From: Atractiella rhizophila
Lineage: Eukaryota
DNA: 43,898 bases
Reading direction: 5' to 3'
NCBI GenBank assembly: GCA_021432655.1
Contig: MU271220.1
Span: 62,001-105,898 of the forward strand
The translations under genes were made by a program, and so were the position numbers. Positions 25,886 through 39,869 of this stretch are shown here, one piece after another (position 1 is the stretch's first letter; each line of letters begins with the position of its first letter). The notes under the pieces were generated by a model that saw only the letters and a program-made list of their open reading frames with translations, made no database searches and was not told the origin of the DNA.

Positions 25886-27590
25886 TCACTTCTCGCCTTC
25901 CGCGGGCATCTGTGCCCTAAAGAAATCCAATCTGACCACTCCATGCTTCCTTCCGTCCGACTCCCGCTTCCAACTTCTCACCTCTCCCTCTTCTCGTCCA
26001 CTACTTTTCGTTCTCGACGAGCCTCTCCACAGACGGCGGAGCAGCAGCACGATCGTAGCGGAGGAAGCCAGAGCAGGCAGGTAGAGGGAGGTGAGGACGT
26101 AGAACTCGAAGAAGCCGTTCTCATATCGCTCGACAGGTCGGGAGTCGAATGCTATCCATCCTACAATGCAACCCAACTCAGTACACTTATTCTGTCCAAC
26201 AAGCAGGAGAGTTGCAAGGAGCGAAGACATAAAGGGCAAACGGACGAACCAAGCAATCCGGTATAAAACGCTCCTACGAACGCACTCCATGCCCAAATAT
26301 GATTCAATTCCTGGAATCTCCACTTCGGTATCCTCCTCTCTGGTGGAGCGGTCGAGTCCGTGTTAGAGGAGGCGTCCGTCCATGGAGCGGTCGCGCCCGG
26401 TGTCACGGCCGAGAAGGAGGGAGAGGGATGATGGGCGTTCTTCTGTCCCGCCAGCCAAGTGGAAACGTAGATGAGCAGGGGAACGAACACCTGTCCTCCC
26501 ATCGCTCATCAGCCCGATTCACGACGACGCTTGAGGCACGGTGAGGCGAGACAGGAAGGTAGGACCCACAATCAGTTGGACAAGGAAACCTAGAGCCGTT
26601 ACACCCCATGCATAATCGATCCACTTCCACAGCTCCTCGTAGTCATGACCCAGCTTCCCCGCATCCTCACTCAGGCCTTCAATCTATTCTCAACATACCG
26701 ATTAGTGCATAATCCAACAGGTTGAGGAGCCAACCATCTCACCTCAGTAAAATTGTAAACTCCAGTCTGTAGGTACTCGTTCTCAGCAGCGAGTGATCTT
26801 GCGTCCAAATTGACATAAAACTTGTAAGCCGTCTGCCACTTGAACTCCGCGATTACGATCAGCGAGATCACGACTGGCATGAAGAATCCGGCAGCGAGGA
26901 ACGGCGAGATCGAGACGATCAGGGGGAGCGGAGCAGGCAATTTTGGGGCTAGTGGCAGGCGGAGCATTCGGACGAGCGCTCCTTCGAGGATGTGGGAGAT
27001 GGCGTGGAGGAGGAAGGGCCATGGGAGAGTAAGGAAGATGGCTATTCCATTCAGGAGATGGTGGTGATACCAATATTCAATTCCGATGTAGATGAATGGC
27101 TGGAGGACTGGATGTTTCTTTCATTAGTTAAATGATCGTTAGGTATTGGTCAGGGAGAGACTTACAGAGGAGGAAGAGAAGGATCCGGATGGTGAGAATG
27201 ATCTCTCCCCAGTTCCCTCGGAACTTGACATAAAACAGCTTTCCTGTCACCCTTGCGAACCGAGAGCTAGCAAAAGCGTTGGAGAGCGTGATGGATACAA
27301 ATTTGACGAAAGGCTGATCGACCTCGCTCGTTTCATTCTTTTTCGTTCGTCGTCGATAAAGGACAACAAGGAGCACGGACAGCAGAATCGCACACCTACA
27401 GGGTACGCATTTATATGTCTGTCCACTCCCATGAAGCGTGAGTGAGAGATACGAACACTGCTAGCCATCCACTGAGGATGTAAAGCTGTACAATAAACCC
27501 TTTCCCAACGAATGGGAAAATCGCCTTCCTCCCCTCCTCCCTCGCCGCCTCAAAAGGGTTCAACGCCGGACTATTTGGGAGTGTCGCCAT
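25886..27590 (-). CDS. Orphan multi-pass (about 7-TM) protein, distant paralog of copies A and B
   Basis: N-terminus NPFE...IFPFVGKGFIVQLYILSG|intron parallels NPFL...FYPPVPNHVFVQLYVVSG|intron. QPFIY matches QPAIY. Similar hydrophobic spacing. Confidence 0.7.
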
Positions 27591-28045
27591 TACAGTGCCC
27601 CTCCAATCCTTCCTTAAAAATTTCACAGACGAAAGCAGCAGTGGAGGCAGTGGTCTGGGCTCGCCCTTGCTTTTAATGTTTGAGGAAAGTTAGAGTTGGA
27701 TCAAGATTAATTAACCTTGTACAAGGAGAAGCTCCAGAAGAACCTCAAGAAGCGTGGCATTTGAATCCGGCTGAATGATCATATTTTCAGTTTCAAACTT
27801 TCCAGTACAAGACCGAATAAGTAAGGACCTTCTGGCTTCCCTGACTTCGTCCTTCCAATGTATCTTTCCTTCCCAGGCATTACTCTTCAAACGCGGCCGC
27901 AACAATGAAGGGACTCGCACAAGTTGACATCTGGTTTCCAGCATCGTCGGGAGAGGTTCGGATGGAGAGTTGGATCGTTTGGAGGCTGTCACCGTCCTTG
28001 AGGGGATCGTACGACTCCTGCAACTACTGCATTCAAGAGGATCGA

Positions 28046-30653
28046 CTAGCAGAATCTTGATATGTTGTTGACGTAGCTGATCTGTGCATAAGTGTTGTTC
28101 TAGCGGAGGGCGAAAAGCGAAGAGCTCACTTATGTGGCATGTGTGAAGAGAGCATGCTCTTGTCGAATAATATTTGCGAGAATACCTGCTCTATTTTACC
28201 ATGTACCTGCACAATCATCAACAATTATCACAGAAGTTCCCAAATCATAGAGAAGCTTTACCCGATAAAGCTTTGTTTCCGTCCCTTCCATGCCTACTTC
28301 GTTCGGATGGAGCAACCAAAAGGTATCGCCTGGTGGATAGAGCTCGGCGCTCATCATATTCGCTTCTAGGGTGGTTCGCATAGATGCCAACTGACACACA
28401 AAGCCCAAATTAGTCAGTCGCCATTCCCCTCAACTTCTCGCATCGCATCGCAGAAGGAGTGGAGGGACGAACCCAAATCCGATTTTCCTCCTTCTTCACG
28501 CTCATGGCTTCTTCCCTCTCAGCATCCACAATCTTTTTCTTAATATTCTGGAAGGTCTCCTCCCCTCCCACCTCTCTATGAGAGTAGCAGAGCCAGGCCG
28601 CGACAGAACGAATGTCCCTCACGTGTCCAAGTGAGAGCCGGGAGATGAGATCCGTCCCATAGACGAAGCAGTGGATCAACTCTCGAGACTTTGCACTCAG
28701 GCCGGCGTCCATACAACAGGGAGGAGCAAAAGCATAGACTTGAAGAGAGACATTGGGGGACAGACCGCCGATTCCCGTTGTACGGCAAGTGACGGGAGAA
28801 GCCCACATGAGCCCTTTCAATACGATCAGCCAGGAGATCTTTGGGAAGTGAGAAAGACGAACCGAGTAGGGAGGTGACTCCGGCACCGAGGGAGTGACCA
28901 ACGAGCTTTACTTCGAACCCTTCATGCTGCTCCATTGCTCGTCGAACTGCCTTCGTTAGAGCTCCTTGAGGATGTCCCAATTGGACAGCAATGGATAAAA
29001 TCCCCTCATGAACCTTGAAGCTTTCCCTTCTTCCCTCTTCCCACTGGAATTCAAACTCTCTACTTTCGCACGTCAAATCAGCTGCGCTCGAAAACAAACA
29101 AAAAGGCCAAGGTAAAAGAGAAGTGGACGGACTGGCAAGGTCAGATAACGACATCGACCCTCTGATAACCACGATGATGCTCTTGTTTCTCTTGTCCGAT
29201 ACAATGAAAAATCGAGGCATCTGCAAACCTTTCCTCTGGTATGTGCTCTCGGACGATATGGAAGAAGGTTCTAGTTCCCCAAGGTGAGAGAGCACGGAGA
29301 TGTCATGTTGCCCTGTCAGCAACTGCCAGAAGGTAGGGCGGCGTTTGGGTGTTCCTGGAGATGCAGAAGAAAGTGAACTCGAAGATGAGGCTACCTCAGG
29401 TGGTGTGACAGAATGTGAGGACCTTCCCTCCGGAGAATGGTCCTCGAGAGCTGCTTCCTGAGAGACTTCTTGAGTGGGAGTGAAGTGAGGCAAGTCGATC
29501 GAAATGTCGGACTCGTTCAACCTGTCGTCTTCATGCCGAAAAGCATCAGCTACAGCCTCTTCCTCCTTTTCAAGCGAGCTCTTCCCTCCAGAAGCATTTA
29601 ACTGAGGAAGATTTGACATATCAAGTCCTACAATTTTCTTCGCGAGTCAACACCGCTTTGAAGGACAGATTGAGGATGGGGCGAACCAAATGCGAGTGCA
29701 CCTGCACCAAAGAACAGATTGAGCCGTGGCCATCATGGAACCGATAGTTGAAAAAAATCGTGCGCACCTAAACCACCATAACTGCCTAAGCAGATCTTGG
29801 AGAACCTCCGAAAATAACGCAGTATTTCCTCATCAGAATCTGAAGGCATCCTCTGTTCTGCATCTTTAAACTCCTCCTCCTCCTCCTCCTCCTCTTCCTC
29901 CTCAACGGTCGCGATTTCAGCCTCTATAAGGTCTCCTCCGCCTTCAAACGTCTGTTCCCTCGTCACCTCCCACGACAAGTTCCGCTCGTGAACTTTCTTA
30001 TTCACTTTTTCTTGAGCTTGAAGCGGAACTGGCGTCAGTAGAGCCTGCAATCTTTGTCCGTATAATTTATTGGTTGCGTTCTGAAGGAGTATCCAAGTGT
30101 ATACCGCTTGAAGGACGTCTGTGAGTGGATAATCCTGTAACGTTCCCGGAGGGTCGTTATCCAGAGCTGAAGACCACTCTCTGATGAGCAAGGCATAGAA
30201 CAAGGAAAGCGAGGCGATGGGTTCCTTTGATGATACTACGCATGAGAAGCGTGCAACATACGCGGGATGGGGGACAAACGTCGTTTCCGAACTCATGGTT
30301 CAGACTACCAATGATGCGTGTGGACACTCCAATGCTCTTCAGAGTGATGTTTTCCCCAATCCCGATGCCCATCAGCGCCATGCTTTACGAACAGTCAGTG
30401 ATCGATGCATCACACTTGTTCCAACAAAGCCCACCTCTCGACCACGCCCACTCCTGCAGATCCCAAATCTCCCAACGCGAAACCAGCAATGTTCTTAGCG
30501 ATCCCAAATCCAAATCTCGTCCCTGTTGCAGTATAATTTACGTCACTCCCAAGGCTGCCGCGAGTGATTGAGGGAGCGCTTGCCTTGCTTCGCCACTGCA
30601 AACCCTGCGCCAGTTGCTCTTTCCACAGTTTGAACGGCAAGATGTGACGCCAT
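28046..30653 (-). CDS. Lipase class 3 (sn1-DAG-lipase-like)
   Basis: IIVVIRGSMSLSDL, KVHEGI, LVGHSLGAGV, VYAFAPP, DLISRLSLG, SSHMPHNY. Confidence 0.92.
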
Positions 30654-31484
30654 TAAAGAGGTTTGGGTAAGCCATGTAGGGTCCATACTCTGGGTATACT
30701 CCATGAAGGTACTCTATATTTACTGTTCTGCTTTCGACTGTTAGCCGTGACAGGAGCGCTCAGCATATGAAAACGGGATAGAGTTCAATAAAATCCGCAG
30801 CGAGAGTAATCTGCTGTCATCTGATTCCAGTGTCTCGGTTTACTTCTGCTGTTGCCGTTGCATTGGATCGCTTACCTTGAACTACTCGTCAAGTTCCTGT
30901 ATCTGCTAATGAATCTCCTTGAAGAGTCTCTTTACCCTCTAGTAGTCAGGCTCTCAGGAAAGATCAAAAAAAATTATAACTAGAGAGCCCACTGTGACAA
31001 TGTGTAGGCATTGTATCGGCCGTGACCTGTCCGACATTTCCAGCTGGCATCACACGCGAATTGAAAGGAGTAAATAAGTGTCGGATAAGGTTCCGCTTGT
31101 TGCTGTGGTCAAATCAACAAGGTCAGTAAACTTCTCAGTCGAGTTCTGTTGTTCGAGCCAATGTCTAACGAAGGCACAAGTTAAAAACCTTGGAGGCAGG
31201 ATAGAATTGGTCCTCGATTATTGGCTTATCCCAAGGTCACAGTGTGTTTTGTGGGAGTTTTGTACGGGTTGTGGAGGTTGGTGTGCGCTGGAGTAGGTGT
31301 GTTCTACCTATTTCTACAGTTTTGTCCTGGAACGGGTGACGATGCAGATTGGATTGCACCTCGAACAATAACATCCTTTCGGCCTGTCTTTGGCTCGATC
31401 CGGCTTTCTCCACTTGGTCAAAAGATACAATACTTGGAGCATAACTTCACTATTTTCAGACATCCAACACCAAACGAATGTCCA

Positions 31485-33792
31485 ATGACCAAAACCACAG
31501 TAGGCCCAATTTAATTTGTGGTTGTTCGAATAGTCAAATTGTCTAGGTTCACACCGATCCGCGGAGGACCAGAAACTCTCGTGCTTGCGTGAGTTAAAAG
31601 CTTACTTCAACTTCTACTGATAGGCAATCTAAAATACATCTGCCTAATTTACGAACAACAGAACTACTGTCGAGAAAGCAAAGGAAGATGCGATGGTCAG
31701 CCTCCTGTCAATAAACCTGGAGAAATTTATACTATTCAGAGGAACCCCTGTAGCAGGTAAGTAGCGAGACTCTCCTGCTCCTGCTTGAAGCCGAAACAAT
31801 CTAAGTAAAAGTATGCTAGATGTAGAGACACTGGCCATATTTGTGAGTGGGCGCCAAGTCGAAGGAGAGGGAGATACAAGCATCAGTCTCCGCCGAGGAC
31901 AGCCGCTGCAGCTCGTCCTCGTCTTGCTTCCACAGCTCCAGTAGTGGACGAGGGGACGTGGAGCGAAGCTGAAGAAGATGGCACACTGGAGAAAACGGAA
32001 GTTTACAGGCTGTTTCCTGCCGTATTTGCGCCATTAGAGGCGATCTGTACCAGTCCTTCTAGTAGTGTGAGTTCTTCGTCAATCGCGTAGCAAGCTATAC
32101 TAATGAATACCTTGCAGTCAGATGGCTCAGAGTCTGACAGACTGATCGAACTTCCAATGCTTCCAGACTTGCTTGCTTTCCTCTCAAGCTGTCTAGAATC
32201 AGTTGCGCAGCCGTTTTCACCCAAGCACAGTGTTTTGGGCCCAAGACTTGAGCTCCTTGATTTGGTCGACGTATTTTACACCCACGTTCATCACCTCGTT
32301 CGCATTCTCCCCTCTCGCGATGTCTTCCTTAGTCAACACTTCAACAAATGCTCCCCGTTCCTTCTCGCTGCTATCTGCGCTTTCGCACAACCGTTCTACG
32401 ATGGATCCAGGGGCATCAGCACCGACTATTTCTCCCTTGGCGAACTCCTTTTTGCCGAAGAAGGAACGGCTACACCAGACCTCGAGAAGATAATAGGTGA
32501 CATCTTCCTCCTTCACGTTGGGTATGGGTACGGCATTTCGGCTGCATCTGTCGCTCACATGGAACGTGCTGCCTCCATTGCCCTCGAGAATGACATTTAT
32601 GGGAAGAGCCTGGTGATTTTGGAGAAGCGACAGGAGGATCAGGCAGAGTTCGACTGCGAGACAGTCTACAGGACAGTCGCCGAGCTGTTCCATGCTGATT
32701 TGGATTGTCGTTACACAATTGGAGGCTGCAAAAGCGCGTTCACCTCCATTGACGATCCAATCGGTTTGCTGAGAACCTGGATGGACGATCCTGACGTGCG
32801 TTCACAAATTACCACACTTTCAATAGTAAAATGGTGATCGAAAATGCGTAGGAAATGCTGCAGTTCTCGATAAGGACTGCCCATATTGCAGCACTTGTCC
32901 TTGTTCCTCCCCCAAATGAGGATGTTCCTCGAATTGCACAATTCAGCTCTCTCGAAACTCGATTTCTGAATTTGATAGCCATTGCCGAAGAAAAGTGGGC
33001 CAGCTTGGCCCGTATTGCGTCCTCTAGATCCGACATCGAAAGTTGGGAGCAAATGTACTCGAGGGAAGGGTATTACTTTGCTCTGCACGTACTCACCACG
33101 TTCGTCTGTCTCGTTACAATTGTACGCTTGAAAGAGTATTAATGAAGACCTTTAGCACAAGGATCGACATGAACCGTGCCTACAACTTCCCCGCTCTTTC
33201 TCTCAATTATAAGATCTGCTCTCTCGAGCCGAGTGGAGTATACGACACGCTAGAGTCTTTGCGCTCGTTGTCCCTTCACAATCCTCCGCAAGTTGAAGAA
33301 AATCGCAAGGTCGACATTCAGCCCGTCTCCTTCTTTGCCATTCAGAACATGGTAACTTCGGCCGAAGGGAGTATCACGCTTATGCAAGAGACAGCTCGGA
33401 TCCAACGCGAGAAGGAAAAAAAGAAACGCTTTCAGTCTCCTCCTTCCTCCCAACGCGGTGAGGTGTGCTCAAAAGTGGCATTGGAGGAAATTCATTCCCC
33501 CTTCCTCATCTGCTGTCACATCACCTCTTCTTTTGCTATCCTCCTTGGAATTGTCTCTCTCATCCAAGTGGTCATTTCGCAGCCCGATTTATTGGGGAAT
33601 GGCGTGATGAGACGCTCGATCCATCTTAAGATTCTAGCATTCACTAGCGAACTCGATTATTTGGAGGGATACCTAACTCTGCAAGGGAAAGTGTGGCCGA
33701 TTGCTCTCATGAAGTTAAAGAGGTTGAAAGAATGCAGGGGTAATGTGATGAGTACTTTTGAGGAGACTCTGAGCAAAATTGGCTTTCCGTAG
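31485..33792 (+). CDS. Zn(II)2Cys6 transcription factor with fungal middle-homology region
   Basis: Spliced RNSRAC|NYCRESKGRCDG...PCSR|CRDTGHICEW. Downstream LVDVFYTHVH...IL and FLLAAICAFA. Confidence 0.88.
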
Positions 33793-34677
33793 GAAGTCGC
33801 ATTCAAGTGGCTTTTTGTTTGACTGCGTGATATCTGTTATCATCTAAATGCTCAAACGACTAATTTCTGCATTTTTGTGCTATCAGAACCAACTACCCCT
33901 TAATTTGATGTATGAGCTTGGTTACACGAATATTGCCAATGTACTTCACAACCGTCCAAACTCATTTGGAGCAAGCAATCTTCAAGTTCGCAGGCAATGA
34001 GGGAGGGGATATGGTCGGTATAAATAGGAAGTGCCGATTTCTGGACAGCTTTGAATATTCTGAGGTGTTTTCATTGACTATTCCAATGTGAAACCACAAC
34101 TGTTTTACATTCAAAAGCCGTGATGTGCTCTTCAGCGTAAAGCTCTCTTGAGAGCAACCTCAACCTTCGGCCAGCTCCAACCTCAAAGCTGTCCAAAGCT
34201 GTCTCCAATTCTGACGTGATCATATGCTGGCTATAGCCGTTATTACGTTCTCTGACGCTGAGAAAGAGGACTGATCTCAGACCGGAATCAAAACCATCAA
34301 AGGTTTAGTGAATTGTGCTTCCCCTTTCCGCTCGCTCCCAGCCCATTCAACCTTTGAGCGAGAATTATAGCCTTGACTAGCCGTGGTTAATCATCGATGA
34401 AACCTGCAGCAGCTGAGACGGCAGGGCATGCAGGCCAGAAAGCCAAGCCTCCTTCCCGCGTCGGGATGGTTTCACCCAGACCATCTCCCGATCAGTGTTA
34501 TTTTAGGCGTTGTTGGCCCTTCCCGCTGAAGAATCCATAAAAGCCTAATGATATCTCTCTGCCATTCCCCTTCAATGACGACTTTACAATTTCGTTTGCA
34601 CTCCATTGCCTCTCCAACTGCAACAACAGATTGCCTGTACTTTCTTCATCGATATTGTCTTCTTGATTATTCTCATA

Positions 34678-35849
34678 ATGAATTCGAAACTATCGCCTCG
34701 TCAACAACGCCTTCAAGCCCAACTTGCCTCTCTCACTCCTGAGCAGAAGGCTATGATGAATTCCACTGGTGCATTTGGCTACGACGCTGGCTGGGTCTCT
34801 GCCCTGTCATCCGTGGTACGCCTCTCCTTTCATCCATACGATTCTAGTTAAGTGGAAATGTCGTGGTAGAACACAAGCATCAATACCAGCCCCGCGAATC
34901 TTTCCCCCATGGCGAGTAATGAAATGCAAGCGGTCAACACTGAAGACAGCTCTGCAACGCTCTCCGAGCCGTTCATCGACGACGACGATATCAACGCTTG
35001 CGCTGCGATGAGGAAACCTTCGACCAGAGTGCGCCGGCTTTCCTCTCCTCTCCTGCCTCAATTGACTTTTTTTGTCGGGGACAGAGCTTTCCTGCACAGA
35101 ATATACCCGAATACAAAGGAATGCGCTCTCCTGTCCCCGTTGTGGCAAAGAAGGCATGTCACTCATCTGCGCATCTCCCAGGAACCTTCTGACATTGTCT
35201 GCAACGGGTCCAGCCCAATGGGGATTACATGACACATTATCAAGCATCTCTCTATCTTGAGAAGAAGTGGGAGAAGGACGGTGGGTCTCAAACCCATCCC
35301 CTTCCCCATCCCAAAGAAAAGACAAAAAGAATGGGAGCTGAACAGTTTTCGTCCACCCTAGGGCTTCCGCTCTCTCGCCACATAGGGAGTATCGTTACGA
35401 AGAAAACGGAAGGTGACGTTGTCCACGCATTCACTACAGCACTCACAGATGAAGTGCTCCCTGGTGTCGACCATTCCCGTATTCCACTCTTCACCTTCGA
35501 CGTTTTGGACTACGAAAGCGACGCTGAAGATGAGGATAAGGAAACCGAGCAGAAGTCGTGCGCGACGCAGAGCTCCTCCACCCTCTTCTCTCCAATTCCC
35601 AGTTCGAGTACGATCGCAACCTCCGTACAGGAAACCGCCGTGGTTGAACCAGTCAAGTTTGGAGAGAAGGTGGCTGACCTGGTCGTCGCTGCTCCAAAGA
35701 TAGTTGGGACGACGCCAGAGGACGCGAATGAAAAGGTGGCACTGTGGTTGGCGCAGAGGGGATTGAACGTGATGAATGTTATTTGGGCGGAAGTGAAGAA
35801 GGAGTGGAACATCTTCGGGTCTCAGAGGACGGTGGTGACGATTGCCTGA
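34678..35849 (+). CDS. Hypothetical protein, 4 exons
   Basis: MNSKLSPRQQRL... joined by two GT-AG introns and one GC-AG intron to ORF 35229-35849. No family recognised. Confidence 0.6.
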
Positions 35850-36448
35850 GTGACCCTGGCTTCCTTCGAACTCTTTCGAGATTCAGTCGTTCCACCTAGA
35901 TAATTGATAACCTTTTTCTTTATATTTCTAATATTTTCCTTTCCCATTTGCAGATATTATTGAAGCTTTGCCAGATTTCTTCAAAGTCTGAATTGCGATT
36001 TGCTACTGCTTCTTGTCTGCATCACGATGTCGCTTGTCGGCAGTGTTGTCGTTTCCATAATGAGCAAGTGCAGTAATTTATTCTTCTTCATTTCTTCCTA
36101 CATATGCTTCTGATCCTCGTATAACATCGATGCTCTCGTCGCTCGCTTTTTTGAGAACAAGTGCTAGTAGGAGCAAGTTCTTTCAGCAGCACCAGCAAGC
36201 AGGCAAGTTCTTCCAAGGAACCACGTGACTCAGTGACGTCAAGTTATAGCATCTCAGTAAGCATAAAGGATGAACACTGCATGATCCTCGTTCACGGTCG
36301 CACCTTACCACCTCCCAGGCTCGTCTTTGAGGCCGCGTCCCAAGGTCAGTTTCGACGGGTTCAAGTCTCGCGATCATTACCATCACCATTCAGTCCCAGC
36401 TCTCGATTCTGCACCAGCACGGTGAACACATCTGCGAACAGCTTCAAA

Positions 36449-39400
36449 ATGACAAAACACACGAATAGATTGGCGAAGGCGACCTCTCCATACTTGATAC
36501 AGCACGCGCATAACCCTGTGGACTGGTACGAGTGGAATGATGAGGCTTTCGCTCTTGCAAGGAAGGAGGATAGACCGGTTCGTCTCCTTCATCTCTTTCG
36601 TATTTTGTCTTTCTTGTATTTATGTCCGTCGTATTTTTCTGATCTGATTTTATGGTAGATTTTCTTATCTGTCGGATATTCGGCGTGTCACTGGTTTGTC
36701 TCAGGCTTGCCTACCAGCTGAAGGGGCGAGAAAGCTCAGTCAATGGAGGGTATAGGTGCCATGTCCTTGCGCACGAGAGCTTCGAAAATGAAGAGATTGC
36801 GGAATTTATGAACGAGTTCGCCCAATTGTCTCGTAGACGGGGCTATTACTCACCCTCTTCCACCTTGCCAGGCATTTTGTCAATATTAAAGTCGACCGTG
36901 AAGGTCCGCCGCTTCCCCCTCTCCAACTCATAATTCTACTTATCTCTCCACAATGACCATCGTCAAAATATATATCAGAGAGACCAGACGTCGACCGGTC
37001 CGTATTCTTCCAGTTTACTCAACACACTAGTGTTAACGAGATGGGATGGGTGAATAGGCTGTATATGACCTACCTTCAAGCAACTCAGCACGGCCGCGGG
37101 GGTTGGCCACTGTCTGTCTGTCTGTCATCTCCCTCCTCTCTTCTCTATATATCTCCTATGCACAGTCTCACACTCTCCTTCCTTGAATGGGCGATAGGGC
37201 TGAATCCCGACCTCACACCCTTCCTCGCCGGTACCTACTTCCCCCCTGTACGCTTCCTTACTCTATGTGAACGGATCGCTCAACTGTCCGTCGTTCCGCT
37301 CTTTATTTCGTTGAGATGACTGATATGCTCTGACGACAAAGATGGGAATCCAACCGCTCCCAGTTGAAAGAGAGCGGGGTGGACGTCATCTCTCAAATAA
37401 AGGAGGCGACGGACAGCCAGGTAACATTCTCACTTTCTCAAGTCCTAGTGATGGTTAATTTTATACAGGCTGCCTCTTCGGCCTTGGGCCTCCCTCCAGC
37501 CGAAGAACTCTCGCATAGGATCTACACTCAGTTGCAGAACTCATTTGACCCAAAACATGGTGGATTCGGTACAGCACCAAAGGTAACGCACCATACCACT
37601 GTCGAACCAAATGTAGATAACTGACGATGATACGTGCGAACAAACTCAGTTCCCATCCATATCGAACACACTCAAACCTCTCCTCTTACACGCCGCCTTT
37701 GCCTCGCCAGAAAAAGGGGAAGAGAAGGATCGTGCACTAGAGATGGTTCGATTCACGATGCAGAAGATGTGGAGAGGAGGGATACACGATTGGGTGGCAG
37801 GCGGTTTTGCAAGGTATTCCGTGGATGGGGAGTGGAAGGTTCCACACTTCGAGAAGGTCAGGCTAACTCATCCTCCCATCTCCCCTTCGCCTTAGATGGA
37901 TGATGGCACGCTGAAGGAGAGAATGGCGGGTTGTAGATGCTGTATGACCAGCCTCAAATCCTCCTCTCCGCTCATCATGCTGGCCTTCTTTTGGACGGGG
38001 AGGAGAGGAAGGGGATGGAGAAAATCGTGCAGGATGTGGAAGCATATGTTTTGAGGGATCTAAGGGCTAAGGAGGGTGGTTTCTATTCATCTGAGGATGC
38101 CGATTCTTTGCCTTCCGCTTCTTCAGAAAAGACCAAGGGTACGCCGTTAATTCTTCCCTCAACCGTGATCAGCGAGAGCGTAGTAATATGATGGTACAGA
38201 GGGAGCGTTCTATGTATGGGAAAAGAAAGAAATCAAAGAAATCCTTGGAGATGAAACGGAGACCTTTTGCGACATGTTTGGAGTGAAAGAAGACGGAAAT
38301 ATCGAAGAGGAGAGCGATCCGCATGGAGAGCTCACAGGGAAAGTTTGTTTTCTCTTCATCTGTATGTGCTACAATCGAAAGAGACCAGCTGACTTTGGAT
38401 GAAGAACATGTTAGTCCTAACCGACCCTCACCCTTCCCAACTTCCCGATGCTATCATCACGAATCTAGCCACTTTGAAAGAAGCGCGGGACCGCCGACCG
38501 CGACCACATCTCGATGATAAAATCGTAACCGCCTGGCAGGGCATGATGATATCAGCCCTTGCCCAATCGCCCTCTGAAGTGGGAGTGCGAGCTGCGGAAG
38601 AGGCGGTGAGGTTCATAAAAGAGAAGATGTGGAACGTAGAAGCAAAGGAGTTGTGTAGGAGCTGGAGAGATGGAAGGGTTGGACCGAGGGGTCAAAGCGA
38701 TGATTATGTTTTCGTCGTAGAAGGTCTGCTTATCTGTTCCTCGTCATACGACATGAAACTACAATATGAAATGACGGACAGGTCTGCTCGATTTATACGA
38801 ACGCACTTTTGATGACCGGTACCTCGCCTTTGCACTGGAGTTGCAGCAGACGTTGGACGACAAGTTCTGGGACGATGGCCAGGGAGGATACTTTAACTCT
38901 CCCCCCGATCGTTCCATCCTGGTACACTTTTCTTTTCCATTCCTCTCACCCCCCGATATATACCTAATGCATGAGGACACAGATTCGAATGAAGGACTCT
39001 CAGGATGGTGCTGAACCCTCTGCTAACGGAATCGCTCTGAGTAACCTCCAGCGGCTCGCCGCTTTCTTCCATGATAAAACTGGAGAATGGGATAAGAAGT
39101 GCGACTTGATATTGGAGCAAAATAAAGATATGTTGAAGAAAGCCCCGAGGGCTTTCGCGACAACAGTGTGTGGAATGTGGATGAAAGAGAAAGGGGCGCG
39201 AGAGGTGGGTCTCTTCTGCTCTTCCTTCCATTCCGACACTGTGGATGAAATCTTCCACAGTTCCTACTATACGGTCCCATCTGCGATGAGAAAACAAGTC
39301 AGCTTCTAGCCGCCATTAGGAAGAAATTCATTCCAAATCGAGTGCTCATCCACGTCGACCCACAGAATCCGTCAGCGTTGTTGCGAGACAGGAACGAGAC

Positions 39401-39521
39401 AGTGAAAGGTTTGCTAGCCTCTCTGGAACGAAAGGAGGCGGTAGAACCAAACGTCAGAGTGTGCGAAAACCGGGTTTGCGGATTGCCAATGACTTTGGAG
39501 CAGCTAAATAAGATTCTATGA
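36449..39521 (+). CDS. SPATA20: SPATA20/YyaL family protein (thioredoxin-like domain plus six-hairpin glycosidase-like domain)
   Basis: [83 protein letters not shown]. Confidence 0.95.
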
Positions 39522-39869
39522 AGCAGGGAGCACATCAATATGAGTCTAAGATATGTATTCAATTTATACAGAGTATGAGATGGAAAATGTATCAATAAAA
39601 ATGCAGCCTTGGACTGATCACAGCTGGTGGTGGCTATAAAACAGCACAAATGAGATAGAAAGGCCACACTATTCACGAGCGAGAAAGCTTGAAGTGGAAA
39701 GTGAGATAACAGCTGAAATTGGAAAGAGCATCTATCTTATTTTGACATCAACCAAGTGAAAACAGGAAAACGTAACTGATCAGTCCAAAGTCCAGAAGGT
39801 AAACAGAATCACGAACTTAACAGGGACTGAGTACACATGATCACTGAATGAAGAAATATGAACATTCAA

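Noticed and set aside
29872..29901. (TCC)n tract encoding poly-Glu in the lipase
   Set aside because: Ordinary coding microsatellite in a disordered loop.
13156..33792. Lipid or secondary-metabolite gene cluster (IAH1, SRPBCC, hydrolase, lipase, Zn2Cys6)
   Set aside because: No backbone synthase or transporter. The genes are common and interleaved with unrelated ones.
34140..34490. Short hairpins and direct repeats (gctctcttgagagc, ccaaagctgt twice, gggatggt..accatctccc)
   Set aside because: Too short to exceed chance; no tRNA, snoRNA or MITE structure.
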